Below, one piece after another: positions 1 to 13,253 of a stretch of 64,000 nt of DNA (positions are counted from its first letter, which is position 1; the number at the start of each line of letters is the position of its first letter). A model generated the notes under the pieces. That model saw only the letters and a list, made by a program, of their open reading frames with translations. It searched no databases and was not told the origin of the DNA. The stretch comes from Eukaryota sp. TZLM1-RC. Its lineage: Eukaryota > Protista > Metamonada: BaSk clade. Both the position numbers and the translations under genes were made by a program. Location of the stretch: the NCBI GenBank assembly GCA_040285825.1, contig JAUPSS010000007.1, positions 334,501 through 398,500 of the forward strand, read 5' to 3'.

Positions 1-1358
1 ATAGTAGGAGTGAGATTTGAATCAATTTGGTCTACCATTTGATACATTTTTTATTCAAACAAAATTGTAAAAAACTAAAAATCAATCTCCTCAAACTCCA
101 CATCTATTATTGAAAACTTACCTACAGCATTTTCTTCATAAAATTTTCCTAGTGACGAGCTAGAAACAAGGCTATACATTCCCTTAAAAATACACAATAC
201 AATTCTGTTGAGACTACTGCGACTGCCTTGAAAAGAACATGGAAGAGAGCGGCAGTGGGATGCTTAGAGTTTTGACGTACAGACTGTACAATTGAGGTTG
301 GTTTAGTGTTTTGAGTTGTTGAGGCTTCTTCGGACATCAGTTAATGATAGAAATATCTCAAATAGAGGTAACTTGTTGAGATTATAGTAGGAGTGAGATT
401 TGAATCAATTTGGTCTACCATTTGATACATTTTTTATTCAAACAAAATTGTAAAAAACTAAAAATCAATCTCCTCAAACTCCACATCTACTATTGAAAAC
501 TTACCTACAGCATTTTCTTCATAAAATTTTCCTAGTGACGAGCTAGAAACAAGGCTATACATTCCCTTAAAAATACACAATACAATTCTGTTGAGACTAC
601 TGCGACTGCCTTGAAAAGAACATGGAAGAGAGCGGCAGTGGGATGCTTAGAGTTTTGACGTACAGACTGTACAATTGAGGTTGGTTTAGTGTTTTGAGTT
701 GTTAAGGCTTTTTCGGACATCAGTTAATGATAGAAATATCTCAAATAGAGGTAACTTGTTGAGATTATAGTAGGAGTGAGATTTGAATCAATTTGGTCTA
801 CCATTTGATACATTTTTTATTCAAACAAAATTGTAAAAAACTAAAAATCAATCTCCTCAAACTCCACATCTACTATTGAAAACTTACCTACAGCATTTTC
901 TTCATAAAATTTTCCTAGTGACGAGCTAGAAACAAGGCTATACATTCCCTTAAAAATACACAATACAATTCTGTTGAGACTACTGCGACTGCCTTGAAAA
1001 GAACATGGAAGAGAGCGGCAGTGGGATGCTTAGAGTTTTGACGTACAGACTGTACAATTGAGGTTGGTTTAGTGTTTTGAGTTGTTAAGGCTTTTTCGGA
1101 CATCAGTTAATGATAGAAATATCTCAAATAGAGGTAACTTGTTGAGATTATAGTAGGAGTGAGATTTGAATCAATTTGGTCTACCATTTGATACATTTTT
1201 TATTCAAACAAAATTGTAAAAAACTAAAAATCAATCTCCTCAAACTCCACATCTACTATTGAAAACTTACCTACAGCATTTTCTTCATAAAATTTTCCTA
1301 GTGACGAGCTAGAAACAAGGCTATACATTCCCTTAAAAATACACAATACAATTCTGTT
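1..1358. repeat. Tandem array of a 383-bp unit (~3.5 copies, open at the left window edge); unit = CRE retroelement 3' end + intergenic DNA + TVP23 5' end
   Basis: ATAGTAGGAGTGAG recurs at 1, 384, 767 and 1150; the 62-aa ORFs recur at 383-bp spacing; identity ends at ...ATTCTGTT 1358. Confidence 0.97.
210..337 (-). pseudogene. TVP23: 5' fragment of a TVP23/FAM18/ECHIDNA-like Golgi membrane protein gene (further copies at 593-720 and 976-1103)
   Basis: SKHPTAALFHVLFKAVAVV resembles the conserved TVP23 N-terminal HP..LFH.LFK motif; after ~43 codons it runs out of frame into retroelement sequence. Confidence 0.7.
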
Positions 1359-1730
1359 TTGCCAAAACGTTCGGTAAAATGTTCTTCCAGTTCTATTTTT
1401 AACAATAGAGCAAAAATTGTTCAAAAAACAAAACGCAGTTTTACCCAATGTTCCAAATGAAGAAAAAACAAAAGGACAACAAAGGTATTGAGTATGTGAG
1501 TTGGAATTCAAGTTATTGAGTTCTGTGTACTTGATAATCTTCGCTTCTTCAGCTCTACGTCAAGGTGAATTATAAGGCTGTGCCAGTTTTTCATTTGAGC
1601 TGTTAGATACATCAGTAGATCTGACATCAATAATGATTATTGGTCCATCAAGACCGGAAAATAGCACATCACCGCTGCTATCACCAAAAGAAATTCTGTC
1701 AGCTTCATCATCCAATTTTGAAAGCAAAGG
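1224..1730 (-). mobile_element. CRE-clade non-LTR retrotransposon 3' end (restriction-like endonuclease region)
   Basis: GDVLFSGLDGPIIIIDV ... CPFVFSSFG ... FWQNRIV; homologous to 44712-45248. Confidence 0.85.
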
Positions 1731-1759
1731 TTTTTTTCTCTCCCCCTGGTCAACCCTCT

Positions 1760-3830
1760 CATATTTTACTTTCTGTCACGGCGTCCAAATTGCACTGTGT
1801 CTTTGCCAAAACGATGCCATTGGCTGATAGTGACTCTTATACTGATTGGAATGCCCAAGCAAAGATTCTACCCGTCAGATCAAGCTCATCCCCTTCACTT
1901 CTCCACTCCCCTTACCCTTCATGCTATGCTCGAAATTCTTCTCGAAAAAAAATTGGAATTTTTTAAAAATGATTTTTTGCCTTTGTGTGATGTCCCTGAT
2001 GTTACGCCTGAAAAAGTACAAAAAAGAAGACATACTTGATCCAAATGTGGCAAGGTTGGTCATAACATTAGAAAATGTCCTGATATTATTACCGAAAAAA
2101 TGATACTGAAAACAAATATTTCTATCGCTAATAGTTTGCAAACGCCAGCCGCACTGAATATTCTTCCTGTTCCCAATGTTTCCGCTGATGATATTAATTG
2201 TCATTTAAATATTGATCAAACTCATTTGCCAAAAACTGTTGCTCCTGATCCTACGGATAATGTCTTGAAACATAATTGTTTTTTTTGCAAAAAGTTCCTC
2301 TCTAATTCTTCCAATGGTCGCCCTCTCTTGTGTTGTTTTGACTGTCAAACAAGTGGTTCTCATCGTGCACTTGTTGAAATTCCTGTAGAGGTGAGTCCTG
2401 TCAGTTCTGTTCCTATGTCAATGGAAATGCGTTCTTTTTCTTCCGGATGGAAATCAAACAAATGGAACATAACAAGATCTTGGAAATTCTTTGCCAAAAA
2501 GAATAAAAAATCAATTAATTGCAAACCAAAAAAATAAAGCCAGTTCATCGTTTCAAGCAAGAAAATTGTTCTTGAGAGGTAGATATGAAAGCGGTTTAAA
2601 CCATATTTTTTCAGGTAAGTTGGCTGATAACAATCATGAAACTGTTGAAAAACTGAAAGCGCTTCATTCAACGGAAAATTTTTGCTTAATTAAGCCGCCA
2701 ATTTGTAAATATTGGCTCGAAAATCCTTTTCAGGCTCATGAAGTATTCATTGATGTTGCCAAATTGCCAAAAAGAAAAGCTGCTGGTCCATCAGGCTTTT
2801 CTTTTGATTTGTTAAAAACTGCTTATAAAAATACTCCAGAAATTTCTGAGGATCTTGCCATATATTTTCAAAATTTAATGTGTTTGAATTATGTTCCTCC
2901 ACCTGAATTGACTGCTGCCCGGTTAGTTGCTTTGATGAAACTAGGAAAAAGTAACAAATCCGATGGAGTTAGACCAATTGCTATTGGAGAGTCTTTAACC
3001 AGTTTGCTGTCCTCTCTTATTTTCAATAGAATTTCTACTAAGGCAAGGGACTATTTGAAACCTTCTTAATTTGGTATTAGAACTATCGAAGGTGCATCTG
3101 TTGCCTCAATGACTTCAAATATTTTTTTCTATAGTAAGCAACATCAATATATTTTCAATTTGGACTTTAAAAAAGCCTTCAATTCAGTAAAGCGTAATTG
3201 CATTTACGATGTCTTTTTTCAAGAATTCCCAGAACTTTCAGCTTATTTTTACTTAATTTATGAAAAAAATTCGGACCTAATCTTTGACACCTTTACCCTT
3301 GTTCTTCTGGTGTCAAACAAGGTGATCCTCTTGGTTCATTGCTTTTTTGTTTGGCTATTCATAATACTATTGAAATGACCCAGAAAGAATTCCCTGAGTT
3401 ACGTATTGTTGCACATTTGGATAAATTTCTATTATTGGTTCTTATGACAGCCATTGTAGGGTTTCTGAAGACATTGCTGCGAACTACAAAGACATTGGAT
3501 TAGTCTTGAATCCCGACAACGTCTTCTGATTGGAAGAACAAAACAATCTTTATTGATTGATGATGTTCAAATTCCTTTCATTAATTATGAACAACAAGCG
3601 TTCAAGTTTCTTGGATATTGGTTAGGTAATTTGGATGAAGTTTTTTCCCAGTTGAAGAATTTATTTGAGAAATTTGACAAGGATGTTAGTTTTATTGCTG
3701 CATTTGATATTGAAAAACACATCAAATCTTTTATTTTAAAAATTTGTTATTCTGGAAAATTCACTCATTTTTTGAGATCAACTCCTTCTTCTGTGTCTCC
3801 TGATTTTTGTTAATTTTTCAGCAAGATATA
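1760..3830 (+). mobile_element. Decayed CRE-clade non-LTR retrotransposon (Cys-rich N-terminus + RT)
   Basis: KAAGPSG, RPIAIGE, DFKKAFNSV and GVKQGDPLG across frameshifted ORFs 2100-3813. Confidence 0.9.
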
Positions 3831-4275
3831 AAGCATAGATCAGTTGAGAGAATAAAATGATATGTAGAGGTTCCATTAGAGATTGTTGATATCAGGTGGT
3901 CGAGGATAAAATTAATGTTTCAAAGAGTTAAGAACAGCGAAAGGTTCTGCTTCGGAACAAAAGGCGGCGGCAATCAGGAGTTTCTCAGCGTCACTACAAT
4001 TAAGAGTATACCATGAAGGTGGAGTGTCAATGACATAAAAATTGCAAAAGGTTTCTATAGATGAATAGGGGAAGATCTAATTTGGAGGGTACAGGTAGAT
4101 CTTGGAATTATAACGAATAAGCGGAGTCGGAACTAGCGGTATTACAGCTTGTGAAACATTAGTTTTGTCAATTGCAGGGGATACTGGTTCATTCACATGA
4201 GTTAGACGGGTGTCAGGATTAAGGTTTCCTAATTCAGTATAATACTTATCATCAACAATAGTACTGAACCGGGCT

Positions 4276-5250
4276 TCACCAGGGCAATAGTGAAATCCAT
4301 GTTCGGCTTGACATGGAGTTTACTGATTGTTCTTTAACACTTCTTGTCTTCCTTTTCTTCTTCTTTTCGGGAGTTTCTTCTTTCGGAAGAGATCTGGAGA
4401 GGTAATTAGCCCAATGGTTACAGGGTCCGTCTACATGGACGCAGTCAAAAGAGAAAGATTGCAAAACTGGGATCCAACGTAGCACCACATGGTTGGATTC
4501 TGGGCACGAGAGCAGGTAGGACAGGTTCTTATGATCACAGAACAATGTAAGGTGCTTAATTTGCAGGAATGATGATAAGTTCGGTTGTTTCAAGGTCATA
4601 ACGATTGCAAATAATTTCTTTTGCATGGTAGAACGACGTTGCTGAGCAGGGGTCAGTATTCTGGAATAGAATGATATACGGGCTACATGACATTTGGATA
4701 CGCAGGTTCCTGGTTCAGAGGGAAACAATTCTTTCCAAATATTACCGGCTATGCCTTTCTCAGAGGCATCGGTGAACACTAGTATAATTGAGTTGGCATC
4801 AGGGAGTTCTAGAGGAGTACGGAGTACTTTCGACTATCGTCTTCATTATATTTTGAAAGCTTCTTCTCTGCGTGTCATTCAGAGCAATTCTCTTGGGGTT
4901 ACGTTTCATTAACTCAGTTAAAAGTCCAAGTTCGACACTAACAGAGGGAAGCTAATCTCGGATAAAATTAATAGTTCCTATGAAGGACGGACTTTAGGGA
5001 CAGTAAATGGAATTGGAATCTTCCTGATGGTTTTAATTGGGACGGACAGATTCGACGGGTACCTTTCTCAAAGACGGTACCTAATACGCAGACAAGGAAT
5101 TCTTTGGTTTAAAAAGCACATTTGTAACCAATTCTTACCCTGTATTCACGGGCTCTTGCGAATATATAATCGATTCTTCTCAAAAAAAAACTTCTTTCTT
5201 AACGGCAGATACAATTATGTCATCTAAATAAATAAAAACACTTTCGCAGT
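4276..5250 (-). mobile_element. Ty3/gypsy RT-RNase H fragment
   Basis: VFIYLDDIIV at ~5210-5240; RNase H motifs FTDAS, ISFYSR, LFCDHKNL. Confidence 0.9.
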
Positions 5251-5269
5251 CAAAAATTTCTCGTTTTCA

Positions 5270-5890
5270 CTTCGTTTTCATGCATCAGAAGACACAAAAG
5301 CTCGTGCTTCGGCGGCAGACTACTATCAGTCTATTACTCAATCTGAACTCGCATTATACTACTGTGTATCACAATCAACGATATCTCAATGGTTAAAACA
5401 CTCCTTTGATGCCTCTAAATGGGGTACACACAAACGTAAACGGTCAAAAAAGTTCAAATGCACAGAAGTTGACATTTTGTTGAAGATAGTTGATAACGAT
5501 CCGTTCATGTTTGTACATGAAATGGAGACTCTCTGTAGAAATATGTTTAATATCGCTTCTTCGGTGTCAACAATCCGAAGAATTCTTGTTGATTCAGGAT
5601 ATTCAACTAAAGTTGCATCAACAGTTCTCTACAAGTGTAAAGAGAGTCTGCATCGTAACTATGACGCATTTCTTTTGAAAGAAGTGGGTTCTATTATTCA
5701 GTCCCAATTACTATTTATTGATGAATTGAGTTTTCGAAACGAATATTTTCATCGAAACAAAGGATATTCTAAAACGAACGTTCCTATTCATGCCAAAGCT
5801 GGAAAAATTAATGCACGCCAAATATCACTGGTCGTTTGTATTAACATGTTTGGCTATGTGACCTCACATATGAAAGAAATTGGCTTCCAA
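5270..5890 (+). mobile_element. Tc1/IS630-like transposase fragment (HTH + first catalytic D)
   Basis: VSQSTISQW, SVSTIRRIL, LLFIDE; related to 24170-24619. Confidence 0.8.
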
Positions 5891-6659
5891 TTTTTGCTGG
5901 TTAATTGTGCTTTTGATGTTGCAAGTAGGGTGTTCTGGTTCCAAAGAGGGGTTTTTTTAGTTTTGGCTCTAGATTCAAAATTGTTCTGTAATAAACTCAA
6001 TAATATCTAAAGCAGTAATATGTGGTAAGTAGATTGGCTTCTTTGAAGAGTGTTCACTGATGGCTTCTTCGTCTCGAAAGTAAAAAGTCAAGAGTTCATC
6101 GTGAAAGAATTTGGATGTACCTTTGTACGGAGCATAACAAAGGTAAATCCTCCTTGATCAATCCAGGAAAAGTTTAGTGAATTGGGGAAAAGCTAGACGG
6201 AATTGTCCTCTTAACAAGAAGTAACATCAGAATCCATTTCATCAAAAGGGAGACGTCTGCGTTTGGTGGGAGGTACACTGTCTTCACGATGTGTTGACAA
6301 GCCGTTAATATATGACAGAGGAGTCTCTTGTCCAAAGTAGTCGTCGAAGTAATTAGACATAGGGAATGTTTATTTGATTTGAAAAAAGGTTATGAAACAC
6401 TACTAATGGGGGGATTTGAAGGGGAAATTCACCTTAAGTGAATTTCACAAGTTATGCGGAGCAAATCAGCTAGAACGGGATTTGTCCTATCATTAATGCC
6501 TTTGTGGCCAGAATAGACTCCAGTGAGACTACGGATTAGCGAAAACAGGTTGTTTATTACAGCGGGTGTGAATAATCAAGAGAAATTATACGAGAGTCTA
6601 GATAAATAAGTGATGACGTAGCATCAGTGATAACTGTAAAATACAAATAACTAACTAAC

Positions 6660-6900
6660 TATGGCGAGGAGCCAACACTTTGAAAGAAATCAAAATACGA
6701 AGCCCTTCTACAACAATTTAATAGAGCAAGATGCAGAAACATCAAATTTGTACCAATTGCTATTGTCATTTTTGGTACCCTTGGAACTTAAGGTCTCAAT
6801 TTTGTAAATGATTTGGGAACATTTCTAAAAAGGTGGTGATACATTCGATTTTTTAATTTGCTCAGAACAGAGTTGTATTTTTGTTATTGAAAGCTCTTTC
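6660..6900 (+). mobile_element. Short non-LTR endonuclease C-terminal remnant
   Basis: KKSKY ... FVPIAIVIFGTLG motif. Confidence 0.5.
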
Positions 6901-6990
6901 TCGTTATATGAACTCAATTTGAATTACATGACAAAGTTTCATAACAAGCGAGTTGCTAGCCGTTGTAGAATTCATCAAATGAAGTACAAA

Positions 6991-7069
6991 TGTTGCATAA
7001 AGTCTAATGTAGTCAAGAAAAGTCTGATTTATTTTATGATCATATGGTATAAGCCTAAGGGCGTCAACA
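6991..7069 (-). repeat. Candidate ~79-bp solo LTR related to 19764-19843
   Basis: TGTTG...CAACA termini; shares TGTTGRCGCCCTTAGGCTT and AAAATAAATCAG with the 19843 LTR; no TSD seen. Confidence 0.55.
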
Positions 7070-7249
7070 CTGATTCTTCCTTTTTCAGAATAAATATGAA
7101 ACAAAACTTTAACAAATAACTAAATAACTAAACAAACTAAGAATTAGCTTCGTTTCCTAATTCCATTACTACGTTTAGGCCGTTTGGAAAGTGTAGACTC
7201 AATGGAGGTACCCTGACGTCGACTAGTGGTGCGGTTTCCCATTTTCATG

Positions 7250-7941
7250 TTATTTTTACCGAACAACTTATAAGCTTCTGAATGTTTGACCGAATGGAGA
7301 GGCTCTTTTGTTACTTTATCGCCAAACCATGGAACAGTACAGTATTGCTCGATAAAACAATGAAGATTCTCCAGAGCAATTACCTTCCATTGAACAAGGT
7401 TAGAGATCTGTTCCTTATAGCTCTGCAAAACACTACAGAAGTTACGGAAAAGTATCTAACCTATCCAAATGAGTTTATGGAGACTCCGATTTTTGAAATG
7501 GCTGTCATAAAAATTTTAGACGGCGATGAACGAGATATGGGCCCAGAAGAAAGAGACTCTGTCGAGTTTCTGCTGAAGCAGCATGAACCTGAGAGAAAAC
7601 ATGTGTTCTTGGAACCAGATGACATCGATGGTCACTTACAAGAGTTAGAAGCAAGAAGAAGACTTCCCAAAGAATCTAGGTATCATGACCTTTCGTTCAT
7701 TCCCGGAAGTTCATCACAAGTAGAACGTTTGTTTTCACTTGCGAAATATGTTTGTGAAGACCGATTTCGTTTGTCTTCTAAAATGTTGAACATTATTATG
7801 ATGTTGAAATTTCATGGAAATCGATGGGATGACCGAAATGTAAGAGAGATAGTTCGTTATCGACGTAACTCGGGTAGTTTTCGCCAGGAAAGGGATGATC
7901 AGGATGATTGTATTTTCGATTACTCTATTTTTGATGTTTAG
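7250..7941 (+). mobile_element. hAT-like transposase C-terminal fragment
   Basis: FIPGSSSQVERLFSLAK...RFRLS dimerisation motif. Confidence 0.8.
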
Positions 7942-8029
7942 TTCTTTGAAATAAAATAAAATAAAATAAAATATTTTTTACTGACTGGAAATAAAAATAA
8001 AAATAAAATAAAATTTTACTTTTATTTAT

Positions 8030-9710
8030 TTCTTGGCTTTTGGAAACCCGAAATATATTCCCAATAATTCCTTTCCGATACCTGAGTAGGACCGACTCAG
8101 AAGACATCCTACAATCCAAATTGCCTGCCTGGTTTGATCCTAACTTTGATACGGAAATCCATAACTACACGGAGCTGACAGAGGGTGCTCCCACATACTT
8201 TAGGGAATTCATGGAGCAGAAGGATAGTAGTGAACATGACAAGCTTAAACCAGTAACACCCTGGTTCGACGCAGACGCTCTGAATAACATTCATACAGAA
8301 CAATCAGCTGTATCCACGTATAGGAGTCGTCCTAACAATTACATTCAGCAGCATGGTAACTCGTTCACAAACAACGAGATTTTAGACAATGGGTAACGGG
8401 AGATTCATCCACATCTCTCCACCTTCCCAAATTGCCTGTTGTAGCTCCTATAATTTCTGAAAAAAGCCAGCCAATACAGGTGTGCTCTATCGACAACATA
8501 CCCGAACACGTTCCAACAGTGAACGTCCCGGAAACAAGATAAGACGTGGCACCTCAGGAAGAACCAACTTCCTCTCAACCCAAGGAAAGTGAAAATGGAG
8601 AAGACATAGAGTTGAGCGGGCCAGTCGTTGGAGAAACAGCTCCTCCCCAACCCTCAATAAAAAATTCTTCTTCCGATAGACCCATGCGTATTGAGGACCT
8701 GTAATCCTCAAGAAGAGCAATTGACAGGAGCATAGCTAGTAGCCTTCATAGACAGATTGACCCACGGTCTAAGGTTATCGACTATAAAAGACCGCGATTA
8801 TCCGCTGATGACCCTATCAATAAAATGTCTATCATAACTTTACTTTTAAAAAATCAAACTTGTGATAAATACGGGCGAAACATAGCTAATAGAAGTTTTG
8901 AAGCCCCAGGTCAATTAGATTGGACCAGAGCCTTCATGATAGCTACTTAGCTTTTTGGAGAAGGCCAAGCAGAGATAACCCACGATAGGATTAAAGATAT
9001 CTTCGAACATATACGCGACGAGATCACTAAGGATACAACACAGCCTTTGGTAAGGATTGACCCAGGTATAACAGATAAGCTCGGACCACCAATCGTCCAA
9101 TCCACCATTATGATTGATTTAGGAGCATGATGATGAGCACTTGCCCCACAGGAATATCTAGCTTGATCGACCCTAGCCTTTTTCTAGATGGCAGAGTCAA
9201 GGTTTACTCGGTATTGATTATACCGACGCCGACGTCATGGTATTTCTGTTATGGTGGATACCATGAGGCTTGTACAGCTCTATTGAAGCCTAGAATAAAC
9301 TGGAGAAAAATCCACAATAGACATGATGCTGACAACGAGTACGGTCTTTATGTAGAAGATTTTGGGACGTCTTGAGAATGACCACCTACATGACCGACCT
9401 AACCATCCCTGATTTAATTAGAGGAAGCAGTGGGCTGATAACCATATCTCCCGCTCCAATAGCCGAGTACTCCCTTATGGGTTTGGACAACTTTGCAATA
9501 TCAAGCAAACTCCTGCCAGTGTGGACTAGGGAATCCTTGTGTGACTCACCGAACAGAACAACTCTACTCAATTTGATATCGACAACAAGGAGACATTTCC
9601 CCGTTTGGTGTTTTACAGCAGGAAATAAGCCCACAATGGATGTACTAAGGAACATGGCTAACGAGGAAGGTATTCCTTTGGGACTCACGGCGATGAGAAC
9701 TTATTCAAGA
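8030..9710 (+). pseudogene. Orphan decayed long coding region, family unrecognised (possible endogenous viral element)
   Basis: Successive + strand frames 8040-8396, ~8360-9130 (three isolated TAR stops), 9127-9375 and 9372-9710; more GC-rich than flanks; no TE motifs recognised. Confidence 0.45.
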
Positions 9711-9875
9711 GGAATAACAGAAAAACAGAGAAAAAAATGACTGTAAAAGCTCTTCCTGAAAGAGGATGGCGAAAAACTGCTTGGGTCACGTGGTTATATG
9801 GTGAATTATTCGATGAGTTCTCAAGGTTGAGGAGAGCAGGTGTTGGATTTAACAGTACAATTACTCAAAGACTGT
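9711..9875 (+). mobile_element. Pogo-like DDE transposase fragment
   Basis: KALPERGWRKTAWVTWLYGELFDEFSRLRRAGV resembles the DNA-binding region of pogo-type transposases (recalled, not searched). Confidence 0.45.
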
Positions 9876-10114
9876 AATCACAATTTTTCTTGTTGGAAGA
9901 TTTTCTAACTTGTTTGATTAGTATAGTTCAAATCGATAGGGCAGATTACTCTTTCACAATTGGGGCTTTGACGAAGAGAAGCTTGAATCACGCCAGTTGC
10001 ATTAATTAATTCTGAATTAATTAGGTTAAAAAAGCAATATTCAAATTTATATATAAATAGCGTTCAAAAGGTTCCTTAAAAGAACCTACAAAAACGCGAA
10101 TGATAACATTCTGT

Positions 10115-10160
10115 TTCCAATTACCGAGATCGCAGGTTCGAGTCCCACCATCTCCACTCC
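10115..10160 (+). other. tRNA 3'-half-like fragment (B-box)
   Basis: AGATCGCAGGTTCGAGTCC...CCA; no D-arm and an imperfect T-stem. Confidence 0.35.
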
Positions 10161-10949
10161 CACTCTCTTTGGATTAGTTGAAAAAGCATTTTAGAAAGAT
10201 ATCAACAATTGAAAAATCAAGAAAATGCAAAACACATTTGAATTAATAGCCCATGAAGATATAAACAAGAAAGAAGCTGAACAAAACTAGATAAGAAAAG
10301 AGGAAGACATAACACACAACTCAAGAGGGACGAAAGTCAAATAAAACAGATTGCAGTGTGCTTGAAATGAAAGTTAATTCCTCAGTGTGTAGTATCCATC
10401 ACGAGGACAAATCTTGATAATATTGGGAGTAGTAGCGATCAAAATGACAAGGAAATGAAAATCGGAGCTAGAGTTTGGAAAAACAGCCATGCCAAGATTT
10501 GATGTGATGAGAAGGTCTAAATACAAAACAAGTTCAAAAGGTGAATGAAATCGCCCATGATGGATACGACCCTTGCAGTGAATGGAGATACACCATTGAA
10601 GAAGGTAGAATAGATTTAGAATTGAAGGTTGACTGTACGATTCCAAGACGAAAAAGATTATGGAATGGTGAAAAAAATGAACATAAGATTAAAAAAACCA
10701 ATATCAGAATCTTTAGTAACTGTTTCCTTGTTGGAGAGGCTAGTCTTGAAGATGTCAAACTCCACCCCTTAATTTGATATTTATGTTTCCATTTGTTGTT
10801 TAATTGAATAATTATTTCACTAAAAGTGAAGAAAACTGTGATACTTTCAACCTTAATTAAAAACACTCAAATTACTTAAAGCTAAAATCATATCAAAATC
10901 TAAAATTAGATAAAATATCCTATAACTAAGAAATAATGCAATGAATATC

Positions 10950-11487
10950 AAACACAACAATCTAAATCAAAAACTAAGAACAGTTATTTAATTAAAACTT
11001 ACATGTTTTGTGATCAACATCGGATCAACACAGCAAATAATGGTAATACATTGAAAAAAGAAACCAAGAACCCAATCCTGGTCAATGATGTTCCTCCCAA
11101 AGTCCATTCCATTCATCTTTCTGGTGTTACTTTACGCTTTGAGTCACATGACGTTGTTACTTCAATTCAAAATATTGTATCTTGGTGGCAACAACATTTG
11201 CAATGAATTTTGGATCAAAATGGTTCAAAAAGACTTAAGAACATTTACAGCAAGAGTGGCGTGGCGTGACGTGGTAAAAAAGTGAAAACAACCTGGCTTA
11301 ATTGGTTGGTAATGTTTTCTACAGTAGGACGTAGGCGGTAGATTGTGGAACACCAAGGTGTCAGTCATTCACGAGACGTTGATCACAGAACATGTAAGTT
11401 TTGAGGAGCGCAAACTTTCGTGAGGAGGAAGCTAGAAATGTTTGTTTCCCCATTCCCTGAATTAGATGATGAGTCATGATGACGTGG
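10950..11487 (+). mobile_element. Unclassified repeat family A, internally shortened copy
   Basis: Homologous to 45637-47173 and 57254-58714; 28-bp inverted repeats at 10994-11021 and 11375-11402. Confidence 0.85.
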
Positions 11488-12289
11488 CAAAGATTCCGCA
11501 AAGATATCTTCATTTCAATTATGTTAATTGCATACTACCTTTGTCCCTTGTGACTTCCTTTCTCTGCACAAGACGTCTCTTATGTAAATGCTGTATTGGA
11601 CTTCCCTTGTATAATCAAGCCTTCGTGTATTGCTTTTTGGTCTTACAGTCTCTTCCTTTTTTCTTGCAACACCTTCTTCACTTTTGATTCATCGATCGTC
11701 ATTTGTTCTCTGCAGTTTTACTCCTCGAATACACTTTTCGTTACTCCTCTTCTACTTCAATCTACGTCTCCATTTTGTTTACCGCATCCTATCAAAATGC
11801 AATTAGTTGGAAGTCTCTCTCTCAATTATAAGCCTTTGTTCCCTCATCCGTGACATCCTAATTTTTTCTATCTTTGAAACTGTTGCTCATTTTGCATTCT
11901 CCTGTGCTTCCTTTAGAGTCAAATATGGAGGGCTCAGAAATTTTTCATTATTTTATCCACTATGGGATTCGAACTTGGAACTTTGGTTTTCTTGCACAAG
12001 TCGTCAATTAGCATCGAATGATTTCTTCATTCCGGATCATCCTTTTAGAAATATTAATATATAGAAGAGTACGAAATTGAATTTCAACATTCAGTAAGTG
12101 ATAAATGAATCTTTACCATTATTAATTGTTGTGTTGTTTATTACTCAACTTACGTTCGTGTCAACCTTCTATTTTTGCATCAGATAAAGGTGAACTATAT
12201 TGGATTTAGATTTTGAAATCTTTTGTGTTCTTGTTTTTTTCTTATGACATATTGATTGAGATTAAACTATCGAATTCTGTCGTTATTTA

Positions 12290-12465
12290 GCAGAGTCCCT
12301 ACCAAATATTGAGAGTAATTCTCTTTATTTAAAGTCTCTGTCATACACACATCAACGCCTAAGTCATCATCAATCATTCAGTTTTTTAATTGTTTGAAGT
12401 TGATTACGGTCAAGAAAGATCCGATTACGTGTGTCTGTATATTCTACATGTTTTTGGATCTTTGT
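12290..12465 (-). repeat. Unclassified repeat family B (partial copy)
   Basis: ACATGTAGA.TATACAGA...CTCAATATTTGGTAG.GACT shared with 27995 and 54190. Confidence 0.8.
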
Positions 12466-12789
12466 AGCTTTTTGATAGGCTAGGTTGATCGGTGATGGAA
12501 ACTAAATTGATCTGCCATTTCGGGGAAATAGAACTGTTTATTTTTTTATTTTTCTACTGTTGCAAAGTTTCTCTCCCCATAGATTGTTTTGTGCTTTTTC
12601 GAGTGGATATTTCGCACTACAGAACACGATTCTTATTTATAACACGATTCTTCGTCTTCAGAGAGATAGGGAAAGTTCAATTTAGGAAGAAAAGTCTTCT
12701 TTGAAGATGTAAATGATGATTTTTGTATTTGATTATTTCACCAATGATTAGAGATAACGTCTACCAAAAATGAATATCTTATAAATATC

Positions 12790-13050
12790 ATTTGACCAAC
12801 ACAGTCACAGTCTGCCAATGAAAATCGTCATTTTGCAATTTGCCTTTTCTGATATTTTCCTCGTGTTCGACGTTGACTCTTTTGCAACGATGAAGTTGTA
12901 ATAAGTTGCATTGATTGAGTTAATTTCTGGTGAAGACAACAAGTATTTTGTGATGTGACAGTGGAATTGATGACTGATTGATAAAGTTGTTGATCGAATC
13001 AGTAATTTGTTCATCATCCAACCACCTGTCTTTAACATCATCACTTTGTT
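12790..13050 (-). pseudogene. Possible Ulp1/C48-like protease remnant
   Basis: RWLDDEQITDSIN ... DFHWQTV in one frame with a stop; catalytic Cys not found. Confidence 0.3.
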
Positions 13051-13183
13051 GCCCTCCACCTGCTAAATTAAAAAGGAATTAAATTTATATAATATTGAAT
13101 CAAACAATTATAAAATCATTTATCAGGGATGTCATTTACCCCTTTAGAATAAACACAAAATGAATTGCTCCCTTCTATAAAGA

Positions 13184-13253
13184 GGCTGTGAGTGGAAACA
13201 CTGATGTGTGATACACCTACAGGCTCCAGGTTCGTGCCCCAGACACGACCACC
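13184..13253 (+). other. Degenerate tRNA-like sequence ending ACCA
   Basis: GGCTGTG/CACGACC imperfect acceptor stem and GGTTCG T-loop; D and anticodon arms are poor. Confidence 0.25.

Noticed and set aside
149-1103. Three genuine 62-aa genes
   Set aside because: Chimeras of a TVP23 start and out-of-frame retroelement tail created by the tandem repeat
10115-10160. Functional tRNA gene
   Set aside because: Only a T-loop-like half; no cloverleaf (same for 13184-13253)
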